A DNA stretch of 64,000 bases from Sphyrna mokarran (Eukaryota), in assembly GCA_024679065.1 (NCBI GenBank), contig JAGIQG010000048.1:124001-188000 (forward strand). Direction: 5' to 3'. Both the position numbers and the translations under genes were made by a program. The notes beneath the pieces are model-generated. The model worked only from the letters and a program-made list of their open reading frames with translations, ran no database searches and was not told the origin of the DNA. Every line of letters begins with the position of its first letter. Position 1 is the first letter of the stretch. Shown in pieces: positions 34,451 through 47,312 of this stretch.

Positions 34451-34969
34451 AAAAAATCCAACGTGGTTATCACTAAGAGATGCAATTAGCTTTGCTGCCT
34501 CACAGGCGACAGGGAAGCGGGATCGATTCCAACACTGGGTGACTGTGTATGGTTTTCAAATTCTATCCATATCCATGTGGGTTTCCTCCGAGTGCTCCAG
34601 TTTCCTTTCACAGTCCCAGGATTTGCAGTTTAGGTGTATTGGCTGTGATAAATTGCCCCTTAGCTTCCAATGATGCGCAAAGTAGAATCATAGAATCCCT
34701 ACAGTGCAGAAGGAGACCATTCATCAAGCCTGCACCAGTTACCCTGCAGAGCATCCTTCCCAGATCCAGTGTAAATTGTCTTTGCTAAATTTCCTGTTAG
34801 TGTCCAATAATGTGTAGGTTCGGTGGATTAGCCTATGAATATGTGTGGTTGTCTGGATCTAATGAGGATTTGCCGAGGTGGGATGCTCTGCTGGAAAGCC
34901 CGCTGCAGGATTATTGCAGTGAATGACCTCCCTGTTGAACTGCAGGGATTCTATGATTCCATGTTATTA

Positions 34970-35275
34970 CAATCTTAGCTTCATGTCACACTATCTGTAA
35001 CCCCCACGACTTGCCTGGGTTAGCAAAAAACCTCACTTACTGTGCTGTCTGGAGACAATACACATCTCTCTAATCTGTGCTCAGTGCTCCTTCCACTCAC
35101 ATTGTCAGCCACTTTAAGACTTGAATAGCAGGTTAGGTGTAAGGATTCACATTCTAATCAGCAATCTGTAACTGTCTATGCTGATATGTGTGCTATTGCA
35201 GACCAGAACACCTCATTCGCCTGACGAAGGCACAAACACCGAAAGCGAGCAAGTTTACTATGAAATAAATCAGAA
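34970..35275 (+). mobile_element. Penelope-like 3' remnant with hammerhead core
   Basis: TTCATGTCACACTATCTGTAACCCCCACGACTTGCCTGGG..CCTGACGAAGGCACAAACACCGAAAGC..AAATAAA. Confidence 0.7.
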
Positions 35276-35289
35276 TGACATTTATTTGG

Positions 35290-35650
35290 AAGTTAGAACA
35301 TAGAACATTACAGCACAGTACAGGCCCTTCGGCCCTCGATGTTGCGCCGACCAATGGAACCAATTTTATGACCCTCTATCCTAAAGTATTCCCATGCTAT
35401 CCATCTGCCTATCCACTGACCATTTGAACGCCCTTAAACTTGGTGAGTCCACAACTGCTGTAGGCAGGGCATTCCATGCCCTTACCACCCTCTGAGTAAA
35501 GAACCCACCTCTAACATCTGTCCTAGAACTACCACCCCTTAATTTAAAGCTATGTCCCCTCGTGTTAGCTTTCTCCATTCGAGGAAAAATGCTCTCACTA
35601 TCCACCCTATCTAACCCTCTGATCATCTTATACACCTCAATTAGATCACC
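35290..35650 (-). mobile_element. CR1/HER1 LINE 3' fragment
   Basis: GDLIEVYKMIRG..TRGHSFKL..FFTQRVVRAWNALP. Confidence 0.9.
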
Positions 35651-36199
35651 AAATGGATCTACACAAATGGATCGATCCAATTTACCCATTTCTGTTACTG
35701 TTTAATCACAATACAGTCCCTGAAAATATTGCTTGGAGTGAATACCATTTAAAACGTGTCTTTATTGTGGGAATCAAGTATTTATTGTGGGACTGGTTAA
35801 GTCCCATTTTATCCCTACATGTCCCCGTTAATCCGTCCTACGCAGTATTTGGCTCCAGTCCAATTTGCTCCCAAATACGCCAAGATATTTACAGGAAGCA
35901 TCCGACGCTGTTTGTTCAGTAAGTCGACAATCTGTTTCCTCAGTGCTGAGCGATTGGCTGCAATCCAACTTCAAACTCTCAGCATTGTCAATGGAGCCTA
36001 TTTCTGAACAAATCTGCCTAGTAACAGTACTGGAGCTAACTTAATGATTTTTTTAAATCTGGAAAGCTGATGCATGCTTTCCATTTCCTTGGGAAAAGAA
36101 AGGTATCTCGATTCTCTGGCACCTTGTTAGTAACAATGATGATTTCCCCAACCCAATACAACACTGGGATGGGAAATAATTACCGGCAAATTTTGGCTA

Positions 36200-37250
36200 G
36201 CAGATAGAAGACAGAGGGTGGTGGTTGATGGGAGTTATTCATCGTGGAGTTCGGTGACAAGTGGTGTACCTCAGGGGTCTGTTTTGGGGCACCTGCTGTT
36301 TGTAATTTTTATAAATGATCTGGATGAGGGTATTGAAGGATGGATTAGTAAATTTGCAGATGACACTAAAGTCGGAGGAGTGGTAGATAGTGAAGAGGGG
36401 TGTTATAGTTTGCAGAGGGACTTGGACAAGGTGCAGAGCTGGGCCGAGAGGTGGCAAATGGAGTTTAATGTGGAAAAGTGTGAGGTAATGCACTATGGCA
36501 GAAATAATAAATGTGTAGAGTATAGGGCTAATGGTAGGATTCTTAGTAGTCTTGATGAACAGAGGGATCTTGGTGTGTATGTGCAAGATCCCTGAAAGTA
36601 GGCAGTCAAGTCGAGAAGGTTGTTAAGAAGGCATATGGAGTCTTAGCTTTTATTGGTAGGGGGATTGAATTTTGGAGCCGCAACGTCATGTTGCAACTGT
36701 ACAAACTCTAGTGCGGCCGCACTTGGAGTATTGTGTGCAGTTCTGGTCCCCACATTATAAGAAAGATGTGGAGGAATTGGAGAGGGTAAAGAGGAGGTTT
36801 ACCAGGATGTTGCCTGGTATGGAGGGCAGGTCTTATGAGGAGAGGCTGAGGGATTTGAGGTGTTTTCGTTAGAAAGGAGGCGGCTAAGAGGGGACCTGAT
36901 CGAAACATATAAGATGATTAGAGGTTTAGATAGGGTGGACAGTGATAGCCTTTTTCCTAGGATGGAGAAAGCTAGCACGAGGGGACACAGCTTTAAATTA
37001 AGGGGTGATAGTTATAGGACGGATATCAGAGGTAGGTACTTTACCCAAAGGGTGGTTCGGGAGTGGAATGCCCTGCCTGCCGCAGTTGTAGATGCGCCAA
37101 GTTTGGTGGCGTTTAAGAGGTTAGTTGATAAGTAAATGGAAGAGAAGGGATTGGTTTAGTTTGGAGGGTCATTGCTTTTCATATTGGTCGGCGCAACATC
37201 GAAGGCTGAAGGGCCTGTTCTGTGCTGTAATGTTCTATGTTCTATGTTCT
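36200..37250 (+). mobile_element. CR1/HER1 LINE fragment including the RT core, frameshifted
   Basis: SGVPQGSVLG..FINDL..KFADDTK..LVRPHLEYCVQFWSP; (GTTCTAT)n tail. Confidence 0.95.
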
Positions 37251-37504
37251 AAATTGTGAGAGTTGATTCAGAGAGGTGATATATCTTATACTGTATAAAC
37301 ATTGTTGTGTTTTATTTCACTTTATTCTTCCAGGGGACGCGGGAGTCACTGGAAAGAACACCATTTGTTTCCTGTGCTAAATTCCTTTTCAGCTGAGTGG
37401 TGTGGGAGGGCATCTTAGAAGGCATTGTCTAGTTATGTACATGGCGGCCCATCTTGAGTTACAGCCCGCTGAGACATGTAGGGACGGCAGATATCCTTCA
37501 CTGG

Positions 37505-38230
37505 GGAATCAGGAGGTGGAGAGGGACCTGGGGATCCTTGTGCACAAATCACAAAAACCCAGTCTGCAGCTACAGCAGGTGATCAAGAAGGTGAATGGGA
37601 TGGTGGCCTTTATTGCGAGGGGGATAGAATATAAAAGCGGGGAGGTCTTTCTGTAACTGTACAGGGCACTGGTGAGGCAGCAACTGGAGAACTGTGTGCA
37701 GTTTTGGTCCCCGCGTTTGTGTAAGGATATATTGGCCTTGGAGGGAGTGCAGAGAACATTCACCAGGCTGATATCGGAGATGACGGGGTTAGTTTATGAG
37801 GGGAGATTGAATAGACTGGGTCTGTACTCGTTAGAGAAGGTTGAGGGGGGATCTTATAGAGACTTACAAGGTAATGAAGGGGATGGATAGGGTAGAGGTA
37901 GAGAGATTCTTCCCGCTTAGAAAGGAAACCAGAATTCGAGGGCACAGCCTCAAAATAAGGGGGGGTGGTTTAGATCAGAGTTGAGGAAGGAACTTCTTCA
38001 CTCAGAGGATGGTGAATCTGGAATTCTCTGCCTGTTAAAGTGGCAGAGGCTCCCTCGCTGAATATATTTAAGTCACAGGTAGATAGGTTTCTGATAGACA
38101 AGGGAATTACGGGGAGAAAGCAGGAAAGTGGAACTGATCCACTTCAGATCAGCCATGATCTTATTGAATGGTGGGACAGGCTCGAGGGGCTGGATGGCCG
38201 ACTCCTGCTCCTGTTTCTGATGTTCTAATG
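37505..38230 (+). mobile_element. CR1 LINE 3' fragment
   Basis: ERDLGILV..CVQFWSP..RLGLYSLE. Confidence 0.9.
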
Positions 38231-39654
38231 TCGCCTTTCTAGAGTAACAAAATCACTGAACAGAACGTTACACAAATCAGTGAAGAATGAATCAATAAAC
38301 AATATGGCAACTCAAATATTGTGAAAGTCACTGGACAATTTGAAGCTTTAAATTATTTGTCAGAACCGTGTAAAAATCAATCTGGATTTTGAAGCTTCTA
38401 TAAATTTATATTAGATAGAGATAGTTTCAGTCATACAGCCATTTTTAAAATGGTCACATACTCGTTATATATCAAGAGTTTCTGGGTGATGATGAGGTGA
38501 TTACTTGTCAATAAAGTTCAGAGGCTGCTGGGTAGCTACTACTATTTTGTCCTGATTTCATTCAATCTCCCGCTGAATTCTGGGGCAGAAAAGCCAATGC
38601 ATTTGAATCCTAATATCTTATGTTAAATATACTGCAATTAAATTGGCATCAGATAAAATATTGATAATAATTGGTGAAATATTAATTTATTTTTGTGAAT
38701 TGAAGATTATTGGTAATATTGGCACCAGGCAATGACCATCTGCAAAAAATGAAAAGTCTACTCTTTGTCATATAATGATATTGTGACACTGAATCACAGA
38801 CTACAAACATCGCTGGGATACCATTGGCTGGCATTAGTTCGGTATGTGAATACTCCGGCTGCAATATCAGGTCAACATGCTGTGGGTAACTCACCTCCTG
38901 ACTCCTCAAATCTCTGCACCACCTACATGACACATATCAGGAGACTAAAATGGTTCTCTCCGCTTGTTTGAGTAAGTGCAGTTCGAACAACATTCAAAAA
39001 TCTTCATTCCATTCAGGACAAAGCAACCGGTATAACATTTGCAAATATTCTCTCCCTCCACCAGAGAGAGTCATGATCTACAAGTTTCACTTCCGAACCT
39101 CATCAAGATTCCTCAGGCAGCACCTTCCAACCACGTGACAGTTACCATCTAGAAGGAACATGGTCACAGTTACTAGGGAATATCACTTATAAATTCCCCT
39201 CCCAGTCAGTTATATACCTGATGTGGAACTATATCATCCTTCTTTCATTGTCTTTGGATCAAATCCTAGAACTCCCTCTTAACAGGACGGTATGGGTGCC
39301 TACACCGCAGGATCGGCAGCAACTCAAGAAGGCAGCTTACCACCAGCTTACTAAACACAATTAGGGATAGGCAACAAATACTGACTTGGCCGGAAACACC
39401 CATATCCCTTCAATTAAAACGTCAATATATCAATGTTTATGAATGGATGATGACTAAAATTATGCATCTTTGAGAATGGATGGCAATTGATGGAAATAAA
39501 CACCTACTTTCTGAACATATATGACCTTCGCACTTGTAGTTCTCCTTTCGCTCTGGACTCGGATCAATATCAGTTGTTCCTCGATGAGACCAGGACCCTA
39601 TTTAAACTGTACTTTCTGAGTTATAACTGTGCTGAACTATATTTCAGTTAATAT

Positions 39655-39950
39655 GGGTAGCACGTTGGCACAATGATTATCACTGCTGTTTGACATCACC
39701 AGGGACCTGGCTTCACTTCCCAGCTATGGTGACTGTCTGTGTGGAGTCTGCCTGTTCTCCCTGTGGCTGCTGGTTCTATCCCCGTCCCCCGGTTTCCTCC
39801 CACAGTCCAAAGGACGTGCTGTTTAGGTGAATTTCGGCCATGCTACACTCTCGCTTAAATACTACCCCAACAGCCGAGTAGGGGATTTTTACAGTAACTT
39901 AATTACAGTGTTAATGTCGGCCTAATGACACTGATAAATAAGCTTCAAAA
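39655..39950 (+). mobile_element. HE1/V-SINE, degenerate
   Basis: tRNA-like head GGGTAGCACGTTGGCACAATG.. plus V-domain. Confidence 0.65.
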
Positions 39951-40119
39951 CTTCAATCTGACTGCGACTGAATTCCGACTGCATCAAAACATTTATGTGC
40001 GTGTGTACTAAACTGAAACAAAATTCTTGCATTACAAGTGTTTCGGTAACAGTATTGCTTGAACAGTTCATGAAATCAAATGCTCTCGATCTTGTTTTAG
40101 TTGGAGTTTGCTGTGTGAG

Positions 40120-40550
40120 GAACGGGTTGAGGATTCTGGGTCTGTACTCGTTGGGAGTTTAGAAGGATGGCGGGGGGATCTTATTGAAACTTCCAGGATC
40201 CTGCGAGGCCCTGGATAGAGCGGACACAGAGAGGATGTTTCCACTAGTAGGAACAACTCGAACCAGAGAGGGAACAACCTCAGGCTAAAGGGACGATCCT
40301 TTAGAACAGAGATGGGGAGGAATTTGTTCAGCCAGAGAGTGGGGAATGTGTGGATCTCTTTACCGCAGAGGAGGCCGGGTCACTGAGTGTCTTTAAGACA
40401 GAGATAGATAGGTTCCTGATTAATAAGGGGATCAGGGAAAAGGCAGGAGAATGGGGGATGAGAAAAATATCAGCCATGATTGAATGGGGGAGCAGACTCG
40501 ATGGGCCGAGTGGCCTCATTCTGCTCCTATGTCTTATGGTATGATCTTAA
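40120..40550 (+). mobile_element. CR1 LINE 3' fragment
   Basis: CTGTACTCGTTGGGAGTTTAGAAGGATG..GGCCTCATTCTGCTCCTATGTCTTATGG. Confidence 0.8.
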
Positions 40551-40944
40551 AGCTCCATCAGTCCATGTATGAGTTTATTTGACCCTGAATCTGCCCACAT
40601 CTCATGCGACCAGGTCACTGTTATTAATGCACTGGATTTTGCATTTGTTTGAATTATAGGCACATTAATCTACGGTTCTGTGAGAATAAGTTACTATGTT
40701 GTGCTAAAAACAATTGTATTCAGCAGGATCCTGAAACAGAAACTATTGCATCGACAGTGCAGCCAGCGCAGGGTTTGATATCCACTTGCAATGCAGAATT
40801 GGATTTCTAGAGATCCCTTGCTCCAGTGCCCAAGACCAGTCTCCATCCGAGAGAGTGGTGTCTGTAGGAGATCACAGAGAAATGTGTTCCCCAGCCATTT
40901 GTCACATTACTGCGCCTTGTCTAGAGCAGTAATAACTGAGTCGT

Positions 40945-41415
40945 AAGAACATAAGAAATAGGAGCAGGAGTCGGCCATCCAGCCCCTCGAGCCTGACCCG
41001 TCATTCAATAAGATCAGGGCTGATCTGTAATGGTTCAGTTCCACTTTCCCGCTTTCTCCCCATAACCCTTAATTCACTTGTCAATCAAAAACCTATCCAC
41101 TCTTGAACATATTCAGTGAGGAAGCCTCCACCACCTCATCAGGCAGAGAATTCCAAATAACCACCCTTTGCGTGAAGAAACTCCTCCTCAACTCCGATTT
41201 GAACCGCTCCCCTCCCCCTAATCTTGAGGCTGTGCCCTCTAGTCCTGCTATCTTTGCTAAGCGGGAAGAGTCTCTCAACCTCTACCCTATCCATCCCCTT
41301 TATTATCTTATACGTCTCTATAAGATCCTCTCTCAGCCTTCTAAACTCCAAAGAGTACAAACCTAGCCTATTCAGTCTCTCCTCATAATCCAATGCCCTC
41401 ATCTCCGGTATCCGT
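40945..41415 (-). mobile_element. CR1 LINE 3' fragment
   Basis: YEERLNRLGLYSLEFRRLREDLIETYK. Confidence 0.9.
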
Positions 41416-43599
41416 GTTCAATATGAAATAAACGTGGACATAGTCAAGTGCAGACTAAGACCGCATCCACTTTAGTAGAGAGACAGGTCTACATTAATAA
41501 AAGCAGAGTGTCTGTCGAGCTTAATAGAAACAGATAAATGGTGGTGTGTCATATAAACAAAGACAGCATCTAATTTTGTATAAACAGAGAGCATATCTAG
41601 TGTAATATGAACAGAGAAATATCTTCATTTAATATAAACTGGCATACTGATTAGTTAATTTAACATCAACAGAGCAGGGTCACGGAGGAGTGTTATATAG
41701 AGACTGGGCCTAGTGTCCCATCAAACATTCCAAGCTCAGGCGCAGCATGTGTTTAGGTGCTGAGTGTTAAGCTCCCTCCACATTGCAATATTAAACGTTC
41801 CCGAGGCACGGGATAGATACGAAGTGAATCTTCTTCCCCACTGTCTCAATTTAATATTGGCTGTTGAGAAATAATCAAACTCTCCATTCAAACAGGCGGG
41901 TGGCCGGGACAGGACGGGTTAGATTTCCAGGGAATGTCCAATATACACTTTGGAGAAAAGCTGCCCTGATATATTCCAATTAATTGAATTAGATCCATTT
42001 AGTTAGAAGCCTATTGATTTGGCTGAGGGAATACAATAACTGGAGCTTGACCTGATGTTGTTGAAAATGATCTATCGTGAGAGACAAGACAGAGAATCAG
42101 ATGGGAGAAAAACACAGGGACATAAAACACAAGAAATCTCCACAAGTATATTTGCGGTGGCGTTCTATTTCGAGATTACAGGGAATCTTTCCCACAGAGA
42201 TGATCATAGTCCTTTTTGTGTAAAATAACACATGAAGAAAAATGTCCAAGGAACGATCAGGATTGGAATCCGTTGATTTATATCCACGTTTGCCTATTTC
42301 TGTACTGTGTTGATGGAGAAATTTTTCTTGTGATTTTTCTCAGTCAATAAATGTATTCTGGGATTGCTATTTCTCTGTTTATTTACACAAACGCCTCATT
42401 GGTTGGGATGAAGTTTCACGACCGCAAAACCAGATAAAGAGTCACTTTTCAATTCATTTTAACTCAGAATAACGGTTTGATTTAAGTACATTGACAGTTG
42501 ATTCAAAATGAAGAGAATCTTCCTGAATACCCATTAGAGCAGGTGCTGTTTAATTCAAATAAAGAGATCCTTTCTAAATAAACATTTGTTCTGATGTCAA
42601 AATAAATAAAACGTATTTGAACAGGTTGGTATTCCACTGAATGTCTAATTTGATTGACGATTTGATCTACTTAAATTGGACAAGTTAAAGCATCAGCCGC
42701 CGAGTGAGTACAATCTCAGAGCTTTCAACATATCAAATATTGTATTGTGTGTTGGCAACATATGGAAAGAGCTTGCATTTAGTTCATGGAAATATAGAAA
42801 CCATACATTGCAGAAGGAGGCCATGCAATCCGTCATGTTTGTATTGATAACAGTCTCACCCAGGTTCTACCCCTTTAACCCAATTCACCCTGTCAATCTC
42901 ACTAACCTGTACATTCTAAGGCACTAAGGGACAATTTAGCAATCGGCCTAACCCGTTACATCTTTGCACTGTGGGAGGAAACCGGAGCATCTGGAGGAAA
43001 CTTTGCCAACTTGTGTCGAATGTGTGAACTCTGCACAAACAGGGGACCCCACGCTGGGAATCGAACCCAGGGCTCTGGAGCTCTAAGATAGCAGTGTGTC
43101 ACCATGCCATCTCACTGTGCCACCGTGCCGTCCACGTTTATATAACGCTTTCCCCGAACTCAGGTCGCGCCAAAGCATTTAAAACTCTCTGGCGTATTTT
43201 TGTGGAATTTATGCGTTGCTGTAATATTGGGAATGCAGGAAGTGTTCGTGGAACAACAGCCTCCCAAGTTTGATAAACAAACAGCAATTTTGTGATTTTG
43301 GGTTGAAGAATGAATGGCCCACGGAGAGTTTAGCATGGACAATGCACCTAACCAGCACATCTTTCCAGACGGTGGGAAGAAACCGGAAGGAAACCTACCC
43401 AAACTGTGGACAGGCAGTGGCCCAAGCTGGGAATGGAGGCAGCAGTGCTAGCCACATGTCCCACCCTCATGTTATGGAGTCTGCACCTTCTCCCCGTGTC
43501 TATAAGGCTTTCTTCCGGGTTCTCCCACACACCCACAGGTACACCTACCTAACTCCGATCTCAAATCTTCTTGCAAACGAAGGTCTTCATAATTGCTCT

Positions 43600-44440
43600 T
43601 CATAAGAACTAGGAGCAGGAGTCGGCTATCCAGCCCCTCGAGCCTGCCCCGCCATTCAATAAGATCATGGCTGATCTGAAGTGGATCAGTTCCACTTTCC
43701 CGCTTTCTCCCCGTAATTCCCTTGTCTATCAGAAAACTATCCACTCTCGACTTGAACATATTCAGTGAGGAAGCCTCCACCACCTCATCAGGCAGCGAGT
43801 TCCAAAGATTCACCACCCTTTGCGTGAAGAAACCCCTCCGCAACTCCAAATTGAACTGCTCCCTGCCCCCCTAATCTTGAGGCTGTGCCCTCTAGTCCTG
43901 CTATCTTTGCTAAGCGGGAAGAGTCTCTCAGCCTCTACCCTATCCATCCCCTTCATTATCTTATACGTCTCTATAAGATCCTCTCTCAGCCTTCTAAACT
44001 CCAAAGAGTACAAACCTAGCCTATTCAGTGTCTCCTCATAATCCAACGCCCCCATCTCCGGTATCAGCCGAGTAAACCTTCTCTGCACCTCCTCCAAGGC
44101 CAATATATCCTTCCTCGAATGTGGCGACCAAAACTGCACACAGTACTCCAGCTGCGGCCTCACCAGTACCCTATACACCTGCAACAGACCCTCCCTACTT
44201 TTATATTCGATCCCCCTCGCTATAAAGGCCAACATATCAGAGGGTGGTGAGTGAATGGAATCGGCTGCCGTCAGTGGTGGGAGAAGCGAACTCGCTGGGG
44301 TCTTTTAAGAGACTTCTGGATGAGTACAGGGGATTTAATGGGATTGGGAGTTACAGATAGTTCTATGACCTGGTAGGTATGGATATGATCGGCACAACGT
44401 GTGGGCCGAAGGGCCTGTTTGTGCTGTAGTGTTCTATGTC
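43600..44440. mobile_element. two abutting CR1 fragments (43600-44237 minus, 44238-44440 plus)
   Basis: VYRVLVRPQLEYCVQFWSP..; mirrored at 62215-63000. Confidence 0.88.
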
Positions 44441-46827
44441 CTAGAACTTCTCCCACCCTTGAATATTATTTTGACACAATGACCCTGACTAATGGGAATC
44501 CACGTCAAAGTTCCATCATGGAGAAACACGCGAGGTAAGAGGTCTTTATGGAGCTTGACGTTAACCATACATGAGGTGCACTATCAGAACAGCTGGGTGC
44601 TTGGTCTGGTTCCCTTCGAACGGAGCAGTTTATTGGGAGGTTTAGTACAGACTTTCAAAGTTATTAATGGGAATGTTTTACTCGTTGGAAAGAAACTGTT
44701 ACCCTCTGGCAAAATGGGAGGCCTACGGTAGAGACTGCTTGATTGCATTACACAAGACCATCTTTCTATTTGTGTTGTACCAGACCAAGCTTTCATTGTA
44801 TGACAGCAAACCTTGTCTCTTTTCACACTACATTCGCTCCTTTCTCTCCTTATGCTACACTGGGCCATCTCTCTAGTTATGCTACATTGAGTCCTCTCAA
44901 GAGAAAGCCATGTGTTTGATGATACCCATAGAATCTCATCTCTTTATATATTACATAATATTTCTCTCTTTACATTAGATCAGAACCTGTAGCTGTTAAT
45001 CCAACATACAACGATGAGAATGTTGCCTGCCGAATATTATCAATCATGATATAATATGGGTGTGCCTGTGGAACACCAATCATTCCTGTTTGAAAGTGTA
45101 GATTTCATTTTTTTTTTGCTAATTTCTATAAGTAGCTGTGAGAAACTTCTAGTTACTCTGTTATGGTGTGGGTAATGTGTAGCTTGAACGTTATAATAAT
45201 TTCTCAGCGATTAACTGGGAGACGGGTCAATCTCTGAACAATCGTGCAGTGCTCCTTGCAAGACCTTCAAGCAGCATCTGTTGTGATACATTTCATTAGT
45301 TGAACAGTGTCGCACTGTGTGTCAACTTGCGACAGATTTTGGCGACAAAGGTTGTTTCGCTTCTCCTGTTTCATTTATACCGTTCATGGACAGTGTGAGA
45401 CAGAATTGTGTACTCGCAATATCGCCAAATGGACTCTCATAGGCTAAATGTCTATCCAATCATTAATTGTTCATCTGTTTCAGAGAGAAATGGAATGAAA
45501 TGGCCCCAGGACAAGAAAGAAGGCCTTACTTTTTTTCCTGAATACAATTTAAAATATATATTTTCTGCAATTTGAATTGTTTTCTTCAAAATGATTTTTC
45601 AGTTTGGGATATCTTCATCTGCCTGGACCCTAATCTTTGTCATTCCCTCCCTAAATCTCCTGATCTCACTTCCTTCGTCTAAATCAAACTGTAAAATTGT
45701 CCCTTTATCGGTCATCCGGTCAATATCCTGATCAAATATTCCGTTGTTCAAAAACAAGGTGCTGTGGATAAATGAGACCTGGGAAAAATAAAATGCCAGA
45801 AACACTCAGCAGATTATTCATTGTTAAGTGGAATGGTACTCGTGTGCATCTCTCTCCCTCTCTCTTTCTCTGTGCCTGCCTCTATCTCTCTTGCCTCCTT
45901 TCTCTCTCTCTCTCTCACACACACATTTGTAACAGTTATATCCAACAATGCATTAGGCTATGCCTCTTTAATTACTCATTTGAATCATTATTGCAATAGG
46001 TTTTATAATATGCCGTTTTATTTATTATTATATGATGGCACGCTGTGGGAAATGCTACAAATCATCACTTTTGAACTTCTGTTCATTCAAAATGTCATTT
46101 CTGTTACATTAAGCTCCACTTCAGATGTAATTGTGCTTGGCTTATTTGACTCTCCTTCGTATTATACTGGGCCCTGATCATAAATCCAACACTGTCTCAG
46201 CAATTGTTTTTCTATAAAATGCTAAAAGAAAGAAGGAGCCAGCGAGATGAACAAATGGATATTAGCTTCAAAATATATTTGTGTTGATGAATGGGGTTCG
46301 AGGAATGTGTTGTTAATAACTACTAGCAGTTGGCTAGAATATCTAATTGCTCTCGTATTGCCTGCAATATCTTGTACAGAGTTTGGAATCCAATGTGTAA
46401 CATCCTCTTGTTCAAAAGCGATTGAGGAACACAATAAAGGTGTGCCACGTTGCACTGCAAATGGACACTAAGGAGCAGTTTGGTCTGCCATTCCTACAAA
46501 CCTGGACATCTTTGGACTGTAGGGGAAAAACAGTAAATCTGGATGAAACCCACATGGGGTGAATGTGCACACAGTTACACACGGTGGAAATGGACTCTGT
46601 GTCCGTCACAGTGTGAGGTACCAGTGCTAATCACTGTGTAAATAACTGCTGTTACTTTCAAGTTCATTTATTCAGGATTTACCTGCACATTTTTTTGCCA
46701 GTCGATGTCGAAATTTACTGAATGTCTTGAACGTTCTTAAAGTGATGGGAATGGAGGGGTATAGAAAGCTGATTTAAAATAGGGATCATGAGCCTTGGGA
46801 GTCCCTGGGAAGTGTGTAAATAGATGA

Positions 46828-47312
46828 TGATATTGATGTACTTGTTTTTATCCTACAGGTGCTTTGGTCCCCCTTGTTGTCTAACAAGGGGCATGCACGC
46901 AATGGGTCGTGAGAGGGCTGCTCTTGGATTTTTTTCGAGAGTATCCTAGTGCTTCACATCGTTAGTGTACGCTTGACCTGGACCATTTGATGGGCAACAC
47001 GACAGCTCAGTGACTATCGCTGTGCTGCGCAGATACATGGATTTGGGTCTATGTCTGTGGGAGTTTGCGCATTCTCCCCGTGCACGCGTGGGTTTTCTCT
47101 GGGTGCTCCGGTTTCCTCCCACATCCCAAAGATGTGCTCTTAGGGTAATTGGCAAAACAAATTCTCCCTAAATCGTCTCAAATTTGGTTTTTAATCCATA
47201 GATCTATAAACATGGACAGGGATCGTGGGTAGAGATGGGAACATCAGGGTGGCGGCGCGGGCTCGTTGGGCCGAAGGGCCTGTTTTCCATGCTGTTTTGT
47301 TCTTTGATCTTT
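46828..47312 (+). mobile_element. full-length 5'-extended V-SINE derivative
   Basis: Same 5' start (TGATATTGATGTAC) as the 6199 copy. Confidence 0.85.

Larger units (their letters stand above)
35700..42750. repeat. old segmental duplication, unit B (expanded by later LINE/SINE insertions)
   Basis: Collinear with unit A. Confidence 0.72.

Noticed and set aside
36200-37250. Active reverse transcriptase gene
   Set aside because: 5'-truncated and frameshifted across three partial ORFs
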